Shown here piece by piece: positions 1 to 13,266 of a stretch of 64,000 nucleotides of DNA (the first letter of the stretch is position 1; each line of letters begins with the position of its first letter). The stretch is from positions 434,001 to 498,000 of the forward strand of contig JAQGDQ010000042.1 of the NCBI GenBank assembly GCA_030141605.1, in the 5' to 3' direction. The translations under genes and the position numbers were made by a program. This DNA comes from Tubiluchus corallicola. Lineage: Eukaryota; Animalia; Priapulida. Below the pieces are notes generated by a model. It was not told the origin of the DNA, searched no databases, and saw only the letters and a program-made list of their open reading frames with translations.

Positions 1-959
1 TGTTTTTCAAACGATACAATAAGATCCAATAAATTATTATGAATGACAAAACGATAAAGATGTGTGCTTAGCTATTATGTAGGGTGTAACAGTGTACTGC
101 AATGCCGTATGACAGAATTGCCAAAAACAGTAATACTATTAATACATGAGCTGCAACAGATAAACATTATATTATGCATAGCGTTTATTACTATATATAT
201 ATATACAGATATATTTATGTGAGCTGCACTGCTTGCACATAATTGAGAAAGTGCTTCTAAAAATACTGCATGTGTAAGGGTGTAATGATAACATAACTGT
301 GCAATTAGTTAAAATGCAACAGTGGTTCAGGTTGTTTTTATTTGGAAATATAAATGATTACAGTTTCTTAACAACCGGGTATCCATTACCCGAGTGGTAT
401 AAGAAACAGAGTATCCGAGTCTGATTTTTGCTACCTGTGTGAACACTAGTGTGCATTATTCTGTCATTTTAAAACAGGTGAAAACAACATTTAGCAACTT
501 AAGTGGCCACATTTACCCACTGGACATAGGGTTATATTTCATCGTTGGTACAAAAGCTGATACCAAAATGGTTTTACTCAATGGCTTTCTTACAGTTTAT
601 ATTTTTCTTAATCAATTTATTTTCAAGTGCATTTTAAATCTCATTTTTTTGTGTTTCGAATCTGATTTTTGTACATTTTACAATTTTTAATGATCACTTA
701 TATTCATTAATTCTCCTGTTCACTTTGCTAGTATGTGCAAGCAGGCAGCTTGTTGTTTGAGTATTGAGTTCCTTGCTGCTGGCCCATATATGCTTTTAAA
801 TGTTCTTTGTGTGCTTTTTCACATCTATATATTAAATTATCTATTTGTGCCTAAATAGATAATATAATATAAAAACATAAAAACTAGTAAGCTTGTATGG
901 AAACTAATTTTTTGTAGCACAATCTCAAAAAACATCAAAGACCCCCCATTGAAAAGTTG

Positions 960-2340
960 TGTGTCAGTATTAGGTTTTTCCGATAGAAGGTTATTTGGGA
1001 ATCATTATCAAACCCTCTGATAAACTGATGGTAAAACCGTGCATCAAGCCGGCCTTTTATGACCTCAGAATTGAATATACACCTAGACTTCATAAAAATA
1101 ACAGATTATTTAGGACCTTACTTGTTGTTATTGACAGATATGGGAACACGGCAGTGATGGCATAACTAGTATTTAAGACCTAGAAAAAGCTTATGACCAT
1201 GTCGACCAACAAAAATTGTGGCAAATATTGACACATTTAGGTACAGAGCAACCCTTTCCTGAATTTTGGAAATCATGGTACCATGGTTTTAATATTAGAT
1301 TTGTTTGGAGAAGCATCAAAAAGGATAATGTAATGGTAAAGTCAGGTGTAAAACAGGGTGATCCCAGGGCCTCTGTATTTTTCTCACTGTATATTAATAA
1401 AATGTTAAAAGAACAGAAAAAGCTACAAAACAATAGTGAGTATATAGCTGACGACACCACGCTAATTACAGAATTTGAAGAGGATATGTTGGTGTTATTG
1501 AAGATTGCTGATGATCCAGGAAAAGAGTAAGGCGTGAAATTCAGTGCGACCAAGTGTGCATCAATTCTCCTCTGTGGAGGTAATGCTAATACAGTCTTTA
1601 AGATAGGTGACGTACCTATATATGCAAAAGAAAGAGAAAAATACCTTGGGGTAATTATAAGAACACATAGAAGATGAACATAGCTAGAAAGAAAGAATAC
1701 CAGATATTAGAAGAACTATAGGTGGCTGCAAAGAATCAGACATTTGGGGGATAAATTTGGGCTTCCGGTGTTTGGCAATATTATGGCTTTAGGGGAACTA
1801 AATGAGGTAGGTCTGAATAAAATTTATGATAAGCATTTGGGTGAGAAAGCATTGGATGTGCATATAGAGAAAGCTATAGCAGAAACGGGATTAAAAATGT
1901 GGAATGAAAAGTTAAGTAAATGTTCGACAGTAGAAAGATATAGAGATTGCAAAAGTTGTATATCATTTGAACCCTGGACGAACAATACATGGGGGGCAGA
2001 ACTGCTTGTCAAAGCCAGGATTGGTGTATCAGAAGTGTTGGGAAATCCCTTGTATGCTTGGAAAGTAGATTCTGCATAGAAAAGACTTTGTAAATGTGGT
2101 AAAGATATTGAAACTGTAAAGCACATAATATTAAGTTGTGAATTTTACACATAGGCATAGACATAGACTATTTATTTTCTCCAATTAGTTTAACGTCAAA
2201 AGTTTCTTAAATATTAAGTAATTATAATCATGGAGCAGATAAAAAACAAAGTCCCTTGGCAAGGAGTAACTGACGAAGAATGCTTGAGATGACCGTTATT
2301 TGGTGAAGGACAAATTCATGCAGACTGCCTACAGCAGTCT
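960..2340 (+). mobile_element. Decayed non-LTR retrotransposon ORF2 (reverse transcriptase plus C-terminal Zn knuckle)
   Basis: Interrupted frames give DLEKAYDHVD (~1177-1206), GVKQGDP, YIADD, KYLG (~1640) and CKCGKDIETVKHIILSC (~2088-2140). Several stops and frameshifts. Boundaries approximate. Confidence 0.85.
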
Positions 2341-2599
2341 GTTATTGAAGGACATAATGGCCAAAAGAAGAAGCATTGTGAATGCTTAACTTTAAACCTG
2401 AAAAAATAAAGAGTAATATATATTTAGCTCTGCGTAACAGTAATATAGCATTCATAAACCCAAATTTGGTGTGCGCCTTGGCGATTTGAGCAGAAAATAG
2501 CCTAGTAGTACAATATACGTTGGGATTTAGGCACCAGATGGATGGATGTATAACATCACGCAAAAGGCAACAACATAATGGATTAGAAGAGAAGCGTGC

Positions 2600-4425
2600 A
2601 CATGTGTGCGCTGTAGAAGGTCTCTTAAAATGTGCTCTCGAAAAATTTTATCAAAATCAATGAATTCTGGTGTTTAAAGCGGTTATTCCGTACTGAACTC
2701 TTTTGTGAAATATTATGAATCGAGGTGGAGACAAAATTAAATGTAAAAAGCCAACTACATCTAGCGAAAGCAATTCTGAATTTGGTATCTGCACTTGGCG
2801 TTCGTCTAGACTGCAATCCAATATGGCGACTTCCGCTTACTTTGCAACAACTACACAAACAGGTAATGATGATACGAGTTTAGCTTCTCCAAGTCAAAAC
2901 AAAGTAGTCAGTAATAGTGACAGTGAGACAATGAGACTGCTGCATGAAATAGCAAGTAAGATGACAACACTAGATACTAAAGTAACGAAGATTGATAGAG
3001 AGATCGAAACAATCAAGAATGCGCAATCTACGTTAAGTAGCAAAGTCTCGAAAATTGACCAGGAATTGGATGCCATATCAAAATCACAGGAAGTTATTTC
3101 AGACATGTTTGATGGTTTTAAAACTGAGCTTGATGCAGCCAATCAAGACATTGCCAGACTTAAAACAGAAAACAACTCGCTTAAAGCAACAGTTAGCAAG
3201 CTACAAAAACAGGCACAGACAAATGCAATTGAGATCGACAAACTTGATCAGTACAGTCATCGGGACTGCCTCGAAATATCAGGAATTCCGGTAATTGAAC
3301 ATGAAAATACAAAAGCAATAGTTCTTAGTGTTGCCCGCAATATGGGAATTGCATTACCACAAGAAGAAATTAGTATCCCCGACAGGCTCCCTAAGTCAAG
3401 AAAGGGTTATCCTAAAATTATTGCGAAATTTACCCAACGTGACAAACGTGATGCAGTTTGTACAGAGAGAGAAAGAAAGCAGGAAACACATCGACCTTGG
3501 ATTATTCTCGCTATACAGACAGTCAAATCTGCATTAGTGAATCACTGACACGAGATGACGTGAACTCTTTCGGATAGCGCTCAACTACAAAAAGCAACAC
3601 TACTTTGCACATATTTGGACTGTCAACGGCAGGATTTTTTGGGAGCCACAGATAATAGCCAGAAACTCACGATAGACTGTGAGCAAGACTTAGCTGATAT
3701 ATAGGCCGCCTCAATGTTTAATATCTTTGAAACTTAATTTTAGTCCTTTATGGCAAAATTTCCTTGTTCGTTTTGTAACCATGAATGTAAATCGACTCAA
3801 TGTGCAATTCAATGTAATATTCGTCTCTGTTGGAGACACTTAAAATGTTCAACATTGTCCCTTTTAGAGTTTCATAATTTAGGCAATAGTAGTGAGCCTT
3901 ACTACTGTATAAACGGTATTAACATTTTACTTCCATTTCAGGGCTGCGATGACGAGGACTTCTGAACTATCTTCAACACGAGTGTTTCTACTATAAGCTT
4001 ATCTACTTATACTAATCTTTCTTCATTTCTGTCCCCCATATGTGAAGATTCTCAAGATCCAGATAATTATATAGTACAGTACCCTAGTACTTTACGACCT
4101 TTGTTACTTTATTAGTAAAAGGTATAAATCAATTTAAATGAAATTATTCATTCATCGCAGCCTATATCAAAATCGTAATTACATATTATGTTTTCCTTAT
4201 GTTTCCTTGCTATTATTACATCATTTACTTTATTACATCAATTACATTAACTTATCTACAGAAGCATGCATAGCACGCATAACTATAATAATTTTTTTCA
4301 TTTAAGTAAGGTGAGTGTGTTAATGACCGTATGGTCGTACACTCACCTCGCACTACTCAAATCATTTTATTTATCGTTTATTAATGTGTACGATATTGTA
4401 TTTTGATGTGCGAAAATAAATTCAT
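2600..4425 (+). mobile_element. L2/Crack/CR1-like LINE with ORF1, PHD-finger start of ORF2 and 3' tail; internally deleted
   Basis: ORF 2715-3548 has a coiled coil and the DCLEISGIP motif of L1-type/Tnp_22 ORF1. ORF 3750-3965 is a degenerate PHD finger. 3' stem-loop AGGTGAGTGT..GACCGTATGGTC..ACACTCACCT (~4309-4348) and AATAAA (~4415). Confidence 0.75.
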
Positions 4426-4509
4426 AGTTTAAAGTTGAACAAAATTCTGGACAGCTCTATTAATATTCATTTACTCTAAGAATAGTTTAGTACTCTCGGT
4501 AGTCAACGT

Positions 4510-4815
4510 TCTTCTGCTTCTTCTTCTTCACTGAATCAAACATCCAGGGACATGATTCTGCTCACCTCTCCATGCCAGGACTCCCTACACGCTGCAATGC
4601 CCCTAGTGGATTTGTTTCTAAGGATCAATGCTGAAGTGTTTAAATCTTTCTGTGCAAAATCTAAGTATGTTAACATTTGTCCTCCTGCGGGTTTTTCTGC
4701 AGGTTCTATGGCTTGTTGAAGAGCTATCTTCACTGGAACATCATCAGGTAGTCTAAGCATATGCCCAATCCATCTTAAACGTCGTCTTTTTATTTTTCTT
4801 GTCCAAGGTTCTTCA
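4510..4815 (-). mobile_element. RTE-clade LINE 3' fragment
   Basis: Minus strand reads KIKRRRLRWIGHMLRLPDD..., the typical RTE C-terminus, and ends in a (GAA)n tail (cttcttcttc on +). Confidence 0.8.
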
Positions 4816-5377
4816 GCATGTCAGTTAAATTGTGTGCTAATTGACGTTTGCTCTGCTCTAATTAGCTTTTCCAATTTGTAATCTGTTTTTCCCTATCGAG
4901 TTTCATTTCTGGATTCTCTGCTATTTGAGTATAAAGATATAAATAAAGTATCTCTCTTTTCAGTTCATATGCACTAGCTAAGCATTTTTTGGGAACTGAA
5001 TTTTAAATGTAAAATAGATCACCAACTGGTGATTTTGATCTTTTAACCTCAGGTTGGTGATCAATGAAATTAAGGAAACCCCGCGCTTAGATGTGTTTTG
5101 TACTTTCCACACAGGTAAACAAATTTGATTCCTATTAGGTTATCTACTAAGCTGAAAATTTGGAGGCCATTTCTTTAGCCCACAAAATCATTTTACTTTT
5201 ATAAAAATTAAAATATTTTGCCAAAAATGCATCAAAATTCTAAACAATAAGCATTCAAATGAAGCCATAATACGTTATTTAGCATGCAGATTGACTAAAC
5301 TAAAAAAATCTGCTTTAAAACACATATAGACTTCACATAAAATGTAAATATAAACTGCAGTCTTTTTTTATGTTAAG

Positions 5378-5461
5378 CTCGAGGCTATGGAGGCAAATCT
5401 GTATGGTCAAATTGATATCTTACTCTTCAATCCCCCTTATGTGGTAACACCCAGTGATGAG
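5378..5461 (+). CDS. N6AMT1: Internal exon of HemK2/N6AMT1 (eRF1 glutamine methyltransferase); other exons not found in the window
   Basis: aag|[28 protein letters not shown]|gtatgg. 84 nt, phase 0/0. Matches the human exon [28 protein letters not shown] in motif and length. Confidence 0.85.
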
Positions 5462-8453
5462 GTATGGTTTGAATAGTCTACACTATTTATTTAATATTGT
5501 AATGTTATCAGTTTCAGCTTATTGTTGACTGTGACTGAAGAAATATTTAAATGCATTTCAGGTAGTCAACGTCAAGAGTATACAAGTTTTGGCAACACGG
5601 AAGCCCTTCGGCCTTTGAAGTATTGCGATTGTAACATTTTTTGCCAACTGATTTTGTTTTAACAATGGAATTCTTCACGACGCATTCTCGGTGGCGAAAG
5701 CCACGAATTTTATAAATATTCTGACGCGGCAAGAGCAACATAAAAAATAAAGGCAACACTGTTATGCTTATGTGTTTCAGAAACATTATTAATTTTTACT
5801 TTATTTTCAAGAAAATAAGAGAAAAAAACAACAGGCTGACACCATGGTTAATATTGCAACAATGTTGGGACAATATTTTGCATAATATCACAACATTGTC
5901 ACAATATGGAAAAAATATTGTCAAAACTTAGGTTCTTAAAAAGGCAACGTTTTGAAAATCAAAATAAAATTAATCGGAAGTGCATGCGCCATGTACAAAT
6001 TGGGAAGATTAAAAGCTGCATTACAAGCTGTACCTCTATCTTTAAACAGAAATGGTAACGATACCCGAGCTGCTTTCATTCATCATAATATTGACTCTGG
6101 TTTGTTTACCTTCTAAATGAAAGACACATTCACCATAGATAAGAAAATCACTACATAATATCTATGGCATTCACATCAAAAAACTGGTTAGACATCTCTG
6201 CTGGTTCAGTGCCTGATCAATGTGTGAACATAAAAGCATAAGCTTGATAACTATGGCCAATATACATCTCAAGTTGGTCCTGTCATTGGCTACCAGATTC
6301 AGCTATGCAGCCTTCCGACTTGCATAAAAATTAATTGTCAACACATTGTCAATACGTATGTATTAGCTATACAGTAACTAGTAAACTGTTCAAGATGTGT
6401 ATTACTATCAGATAATCAAACTAAAGCTTCAAGTTAATATATCGACTACACTACACTTGTTTCCTTTTGTATATATTACATTATGTGTATTGTTTCCATT
6501 CATTTTGGTTTTATTATCATAAAAAAAGGTCTACATTTTTTAAATATTCTTGCAATTCGGAATAAGCACCTTTCTTGTATCGAATTAAACAAGAGCATAA
6601 ATAGGATGCCGATATAAGAACTTTTAATCCAATCTACATAGTTATTCAAATTCTCAAATTTTTATTCATCAATTGCGGTAGAAGCCAAAATACACGTAAT
6701 TATCACAAGTAAAAGACATTAAATTAATTTTAACATTAGTTATATTACATATAGCAGCATCAACAATAGATCTAATCAGAAGATGAGTTTTTGTGAGCAG
6801 TCCAGCAGCTAAACTGCGACAACTATAATTCAAATTTGCATAGCGTACTGCGCAAAAAAGTGCAAGGTGTATAGGCCAAAGTATGAAAAAATATTGATAC
6901 AATTCAGAATCTTACCTGAAACAAAGTATACATACTATCACCATCACATATGCTCTAAGAGTATCACCGAACTTACAAAAACTTTAAAATTTTCCATAAT
7001 AATGTGCTATCTTTTCCAGTTGTTACTAATATTTTAAACACAAAAACTGATTTGCAATTGGGTAAAATAATAATACAGTGTGTAAGACTTTCAACTACAC
7101 AGCGTCACAGGTTCAAATGTTAGTAGCTTTTAAAACACTTGCACTATGTGTTGGATGGCAGCTCACACTATTTTTAGATTATAAAACATCCACAATATCT
7201 ATCACTTACAGTGTACCACAAACACTTCGTGCACAGGCAATTATGAATCAGTTGTACAGTTAATTGTGCCTGACTAGTATCTATGAGCATTTAACAAATT
7301 AGTGCTTGTTAGTAAAATTTAGGTCACGTATATACATATGTGGAAACCATGGGATCTTAAGATTGATGTCAGTTATCGAGAAATTCAAGTTAAAAGAAAT
7401 GTGAACTTAACTATCAAGGTATACTCAGCCATTGTGTTTCCTTAATTCACACATTCACCTGTTACAGAAATAAATTTAATTAACAGAAAAGTTAAATTCG
7501 GTCATTCATTCCTAATGGTTGATGAGACAATATGCGTAATTATTACAGAGTAGCACAACCGAAGCCACAATAATATGTATAATTAACTATGATGCTTATA
7601 ATAGCTAATTATTACCTGTCAGTTTATTTATCAGGACTTCGTGAGCCACAAAACAATTTAGAACTCGTTTATGTGGCATTTAGACATAAACAGACAGACT
7701 GTGGCATTTAAATACCACTCTGCAAAAAGATACTACTCTCAACATTTCTTCTAGCTAAGCTCCTATGATGTCTGCACTCCAAAGAATGGCAATACCATTC
7801 ACATTATGTGGTCTACTGTAAGCGTGAATATGACTCATAACTTAATGCATTCTGTTCAGGTTGTTTCTAATCACCAACAATAAATTCTTATAAATTATGG
7901 TTGAAATAAAAAATAAAATGCCAAAGAATACCAACAAAATTCAAACACGAAGATAGACATTAATTACAGTAATGTATTATTATTATCAGGAACTAGTGAA
8001 TTCATAGGGCACTCAAATCAAAAAGCAGTTCAATGGTGTTAACTACAATACTTTTTTTAACACTGCCACCTAAATTGCAGTTTTCGGCAGTTTTCATGTA
8101 ACACTCTACGTATACTTGTAAATGAATTTTAACAGTTTCAACTGTTGCTATTAAGTTGACAGAATAAATTACATCTTAAGAAAGAATGTTTAAGAATTAA
8201 AATCAAAATTCTTAAAAAGCTACAACGCTCACTAACATATTTTCAAGATTAAAATTGCATTGTTGCAATTACCAGTAATAATCAACTATAGACCTATGCA
8301 AGGAAAATAATAATAATAATAAAAACAATTTTTTCGCTTCAAAAATCAGTTGCCAACCACAATTAGCAAGTCAAACAGAATTTATAATAAATAATGATAA
8401 TACGTAGTTAATTACCTGCTGTGTGCACAGTGATTTAACAAAAGACATAGAAT

Positions 8454-10892
8454 CTATCCCAGTTTAAACATGCCATGTGCTGTACCAACTGGAATAAGAA
8501 CACACAGGAACAACAGAGCATTTCGAGCTAAACTTTTCCAGTCATCTGGCACAACATAGTTTGACAACACACCAGTAATGGTAAAAATCTCGTGTGCAAT
8601 GCAAATAAAAGTGAATGATGTCACAATAATGTTAAGCACTGGGTAACTGGGAATAAGAACAAGAACACCATGTGTATCAGCAGCAAGCCAGATATGATAC
8701 TGACTAATAAATAACTCCAGTGATATTCGACCAAACCAGGCAAAAAATGGACTATATCTTGTTCGAATAAAGCCAGCAGTATTTCGCAACATGATGTATG
8801 AGATGATGGGCACGAAAGAGACGTATGCATGGACTTCATTACATTCTGGCTTATTCTTACACAAAAATGTAAATGCCGTATAGCTCACCAAGCCCAGTAT
8901 TGACAAGAGGCTCACAATCCAACTTACTCCACTGGAAAATAGACTATAGTTGCCTCTGTCATCAAGTACTTCAAACTTTTTCATAAGATAACATGCGAAG
9001 CCAAAGAGCATGCCATATAGTACACTATATCGATCCAGCTGCCAACGAAACAACCACTCACGAATTGAATCATCACTAGTAATAAATAGTGCTTTCCACG
9101 GCCTTGTCACAAAAATCTTTTCAAACAGAATTTCTGACATATATAGAACTGTAATGACAGTAGTTAATGCTACAAACTTTAATATCATGGACAGGTAGTG
9201 GAGCGGATTTGTTTCCGCAGATGCACTTCCTATCTGAGGAGGCAAAAACATGAAGGTGTAGATCACTAGAAACCAGAAGCTCACGAGAGGCACGAAATAA
9301 TAGAATTGGTAAGGTCGATTCATGACAAAGCACAACAAGATGACCTCCATATTCAAACGAAAGAGCATTTTGCAAACTCGAAACACACCATAATCTTTCT
9401 TTATCCAAAAATAGGTAAAATGATTGTAGCCAGTAAGGAATAAATATGCAGTCACGAGGCATCGTATTTGCATGTATATCGGAAGTACCTGACTAGCACC
9501 TGTCATGTGGTATATAAGTATTACTAGCTGCATCCAGCCTTTCCACTCATCAGTTACTAAACGATGTAGCAAAGCTGTATTTTTTGTTTCTTCGGTGAAG
9601 AATAAACCTAAGGCCATAACATAGCCAAATGGAAGAAAAAAGTTCAAGTGACTGTAGTACTTATTTTCTTTCATGAAAAAATTTGTTCTATCGCACAGAA
9701 AAAAGTATGCCATAATAAGGCCCAGTTTAAACATACAGGTCACAACAATGAACATATCATCTCCATTGTTCTCAGGCTTGGCAGGTTTGACTGAGGCAAT
9801 ACTATGTGGCAGGATTCCATTCATTCGAACCCTTCTCACATTCACAGAACGGCATAAACATAAAAGCAAAGATCCAAGGGCACAAATTCCAAAGGCAACT
9901 GCAGTTGCAATTTGAAGATTCGTGGTTGGCTCCCGACTTGCACAACACGTTCCGTCATTAAAATTCATTCGCTCATTACAATACATGTTCAGTAAAATTT
10001 GAGTGTCATATTTTAGTGCAACTGGTCCTGCATGGAGGCCATCCGGAGAATCGGAATTGTATCCTTGTGCCACTAGTCTAGAAGACTTCCATACAATAAC
10101 ACTTCTGCCAAGATTTTTCATTGCAGCTTTGTTATAGAAATCAATTTGCTCGTTGGTTATATTGGCGCGAGAAGGACCTAGTTGACCGCTATTCACTGGG
10201 TCTTGTAACTGCCATAAGACCTTAGTTTTAGTTTGTTTAAAATCCTTAAATACACTAGCTAAACGAGTTATATTGGTTTCGTAATCTTTCAGCGCTTGCT
10301 TTGTTGCATTCCGTTCCTTTATAGTCCATGTGGCGCTTCCAACAACAATATATCCTGGTTTCTCATTATCAGATAATTTTAGATATGAGGACATCAGATT
10401 GTACATGCTGTCATTAACCTCAGGAACCCATTTAAACTCTAACTGAACGTTGAGTTCTTGGTCTTCAAACAGTTTGTCTGAATGCTTTTCACCACCAGTT
10501 ATGGTGTTCGGGTCTATATGGTGTACAGTATGTTCATATAGCTGTCTTATCCTTGAATCACCAACAAATATAATTCGAGTATGCCCACCCAAATAATTAA
10601 TGTACTTCATACAATATCTGACATCTCGCTGAGAGTATGTATGCAACATACAGCCATAGGGCTGCCAAATATGTGTTCCTTGAAATCTACCATCGCTTAG
10701 CAACCAGTGGCATGAGTCACTACCAGTCAGTACATGCAAGGAACCATGATAAGCAATAATTAACACAATGAATGCTAAAGCGACTAATTTAGCATTTTCG
10801 ATGTTAATGCGCTGTATAAAATCAGATGAGAAAGCCGTAAACGATTGCGGAGGTGGTGGTAGTTTCTGTTCCTCATTCATTTCCAATTTCAT
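8454..10892 (-). CDS. CASD1: CAS1 domain-containing protein 1 (sialate O-acetyltransferase family); single coding exon, 812 aa
   Basis: N-terminal TM segment, WQPYGCMLH, GDSRIRQL (SGNH-like Ser), DGLH, then a multi-TM Cas1_AcylT domain (TDEWKGWMQ, FAWFGRISLELFISQYHIWLAAD). Confidence 0.96.
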   Translation of the reverse strand: MKLEMNEEQKLPPPPQSFTAFSSDFIQRINIENAKLVALAFIVLIIAYHGSLHVLTGSDSCHWLLSDGRFQGTHIWQPYGCMLHTYSQRDVRYCMKYINYLGGHTRIIFVGDSRIRQLYEHTVHHIDPNTITGGEKHSDKLFEDQELNVQLEFKWVPEVNDSMYNLMSSYLKLSDNEKPGYIVVGSATWTIKERNATKQALKDYETNITRLASVFKDFKQTKTKVLWQLQDPVNSGQLGPSRANITNEQIDFYNKAAMKNLGRSVIVWKSSRLVAQGYNSDSPDGLHAGPVALKYDTQILLNMYCNERMNFNDGTCCASREPTTNLQIATAVAFGICALGSLLLCLCRSVNVRRVRMNGILPHSIASVKPAKPENNGDDMFIVVTCMFKLGLIMAYFFLCDRTNFFMKENKYYSHLNFFLPFGYVMALGLFFTEETKNTALLHRLVTDEWKGWMQLVILIYHMTGASQVLPIYMQIRCLVTAYLFLTGYNHFTYFWIKKDYGVFRVCKMLFRLNMEVILLCFVMNRPYQFYYFVPLVSFWFLVIYTFMFLPPQIGSASAETNPLHYLSMILKFVALTTVITVLYMSEILFEKIFVTRPWKALFITSDDSIREWLFRWQLDRYSVLYGMLFGFACYLMKKFEVLDDRGNYSLFSSGVSWIVSLLSILGLVSYTAFTFLCKNKPECNEVHAYVSFVPIISYIMLRNTAGFIRTRYSPFFAWFGRISLELFISQYHIWLAADTHGVLVLIPSYPVLNIIVTSFTFICIAHEIFTITGVLSNYVVPDDWKSLARNALLFLCVLIPVGTAHGMFKLG

Positions 10893-10978
10893 AACAATAC
10901 CAGCACCATCACGAGCCTATCCAGATGGCAGAAAGAAAGCAAGCTCATCAATTGTGACGAAGTACCCAGGAACGCCAT
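10889..10978 (-). other. Upstream ORF (29 aa) whose TGA overlaps the CASD1 ATG
   Basis: ATG at 10978, MAFLGTSSQLMSLLSFCHLDRLVMVLVLL, ending TTA-TGA across the CASD1 ATG. Lies within the predicted exon that starts at 11086. Confidence 0.55.
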
Positions 10979-11086
10979 ATTATGTTTCTTTTAAACTGTA
11001 AAAACCACGAAGGTCTTCTCACAAGAAAAATTGTTATTGACAAATTCTCCCAAGTTGTGAGAAGTAGAAAAACAGTCACATTACAC

Positions 11087-13266
11087 CTGAAAGTATAATA
11101 TAAATGAATAACACAAATTTTTGAAGAAAAAATGTTTCATTGTTAACCTCAATAAAAAGTAATAAGCTTAGCTTACTGATCTCTTTTCTTACTTGAGAAA
11201 GTACATGTCTGCAACACTCAAGATTGTTATACCAAGCACTATCTCACGCTTGATAATTAAAGAGCAGTTCAAAGCAGCATTGAAGACATTCTTACCGTTA
11301 AATTTAAATCAAAGCTTTCTACACATTTATTTCAATGCATTATATAAGATAGGTAAAAAAATATTAGTAACGAGATACAGAGTGTAAAAGGTGTTTTGTT
11401 GTTGCAGCATGGTTAATTTTCTGTTTTTTGATTAAATTGAATGTCTCACTGCCAGGTTGCTATGGTAACCTATGGTAAAATACGGTAATATGTGTACATT
11501 CAATGAGTACAATTCTGAGTAAAATAGTATTTTATTTGTTTTTATTGCATGTACTAGAAATACGAGTGACATCATGGCAAAATTAAAGCAGATAATTTTT
11601 GCTTGTACAAAGCATTTCACCACTTTTTAAAAGCGACATGGTCATTATCAATGTCTAAACTGCATTTTAACATCCAGTCATACTATGCTTTCAATGCTGC
11701 TTTAAATTGTTTAGGATTGTTTGTTTCAATTATGAATGTTTCCTATATAGGCATTAGGTAATAAGATTACAGAACCAGAAGATTTAAGTAGTTCTGTTTT
11801 GAACAGATTACGGCAAAAGTAAGGTTAAATATTAGAAGCAAAGATCATATACAAAACCACGAATAATAATTAATTATTTGTAGAACGTTTTAGCTATTAT
11901 GGGCATTTTGCTAAATCACTCAAAAAATTAGCGTCCTTAAGCAGAAATGAAATATGGTCTGATTTTGAATAATTCTGAAACTTAATTTTGTCAAGCAAAG
12001 CCATACCATACCATACCGCCACTCTTAAAATATAAGAGTGGTAGAGGTTAATCGAGCAAGCTCATTGTAACCCTATATTTCGTATTTAAATATCTATCCA
12101 GTTTGTTCTTGAACTTGCTCGCTGAAGAAGCTTTAGCAATTTCAGACGGAAGTTGATTCCACTCTCTAACCACTCTTTCCGTGAAAAAATATTTTCTACA
12201 ATCCAACTTAGCTCTGTATTTAAATTTTTTTAGAGAATGCCCCCTGGTTCTGTTATCACTTACAAGTGTAAACATTTTTTCTCTTTCAATGCCACCTAAC
12301 CCATGCATAATTTTATACGTTTCCATCAAATCTCCTCTATGTCTCCTCAACTCTAAGGTTGTAAGTGAACATTTTCTAAGCCTCTCTTGATATGACATTT
12401 CCTCCATACCTTCAATCATGCTGGTCACCTTACGTTGCACACCCTCTAGAAGCTTAATGTCTTTCTATAGTCGGGATTCCATGCTTGTACACAATACTCT
12501 AATTTAGGTCTTACTAAGTTTTTGTACAATTTCATGATTGTCGTGCTGTCTAGATTCAAACTGTCTCTTTATCATTCCTAATGTTTGATTAGCACTCTTC
12601 ATCACCTCAGCACACTGGCATTAGGATAAGGGCCACTTGTACTAGACACTAAGATGCACAGCTCTGTTCTTGTTTAATTCACCAAAGTATGTCAGATGAG
12701 CATTAGACTACGATTTACAATAACCGATTAGTGAAGTAAAATAGTCAATAATCGCAATTATTTAAAATGTTTAATATAACCCATTAAATTACCAATAACA
12801 GTTTTAGTCACGACTCACATAAATCACATCCTACATAATCCACATTAAATAACTTATTTTAGAATTTTGCCTGTAACCAATGTAATACTAGTGGGTATAT
12901 GATGATAATGTGAAGCCTGTAAGGTATAATATATGTCAATATGTTTAAAATAATGAATGACTACACAGGCTTGGACACGAATGCTTTCTTTGAAAATCCT
13001 CATACAGTTAAGTATATTTCTATATGCTAGCACTCTTGCAACTTTAATATTAATATTATAATTACTTAAAAAATTACTTATATATAATGCATTAATTTTT
13101 ATAGTTAGTATACAAGTAGCAGGTACAAGCGCCAACCAGCCAACGTACCATTTGAATTTTCAAACATATACTCTACATTGACAAGCCATAAACACAACAA
13201 GTAACGAAAGAACAGGTTTTAATAGCCCTGTATCATTAAAATCATATTCAATAATGAATAACTCAC
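11087..13266 (-). other. Predicted 5'-UTR intron of CASD1
   Basis: Acceptor tattatactttcag| at 11087 and donor tac|gtgagt at 13266 (weaker alternative donor near 13148). Contains a CR1 fragment. Confidence 0.55.
12000..12620 (-). mobile_element. CR1-clade LINE 3' fragment
   Basis: YQERLRKCSLTTLELRRHRGDL..TRGHSLK..FFTERVVREWNQLP, followed by a 3' hairpin CCACTCTTA..TAAGAGTGG and an (ATGGT)n tail. Confidence 0.9.

Noticed and set aside
6003-6060. GRLKAALQAVPLSLNRNG as a remnant of N6AMT1 exon 5
   Set aside because: No WAGG motif, wrong spacing and no splice sites; probably chance.
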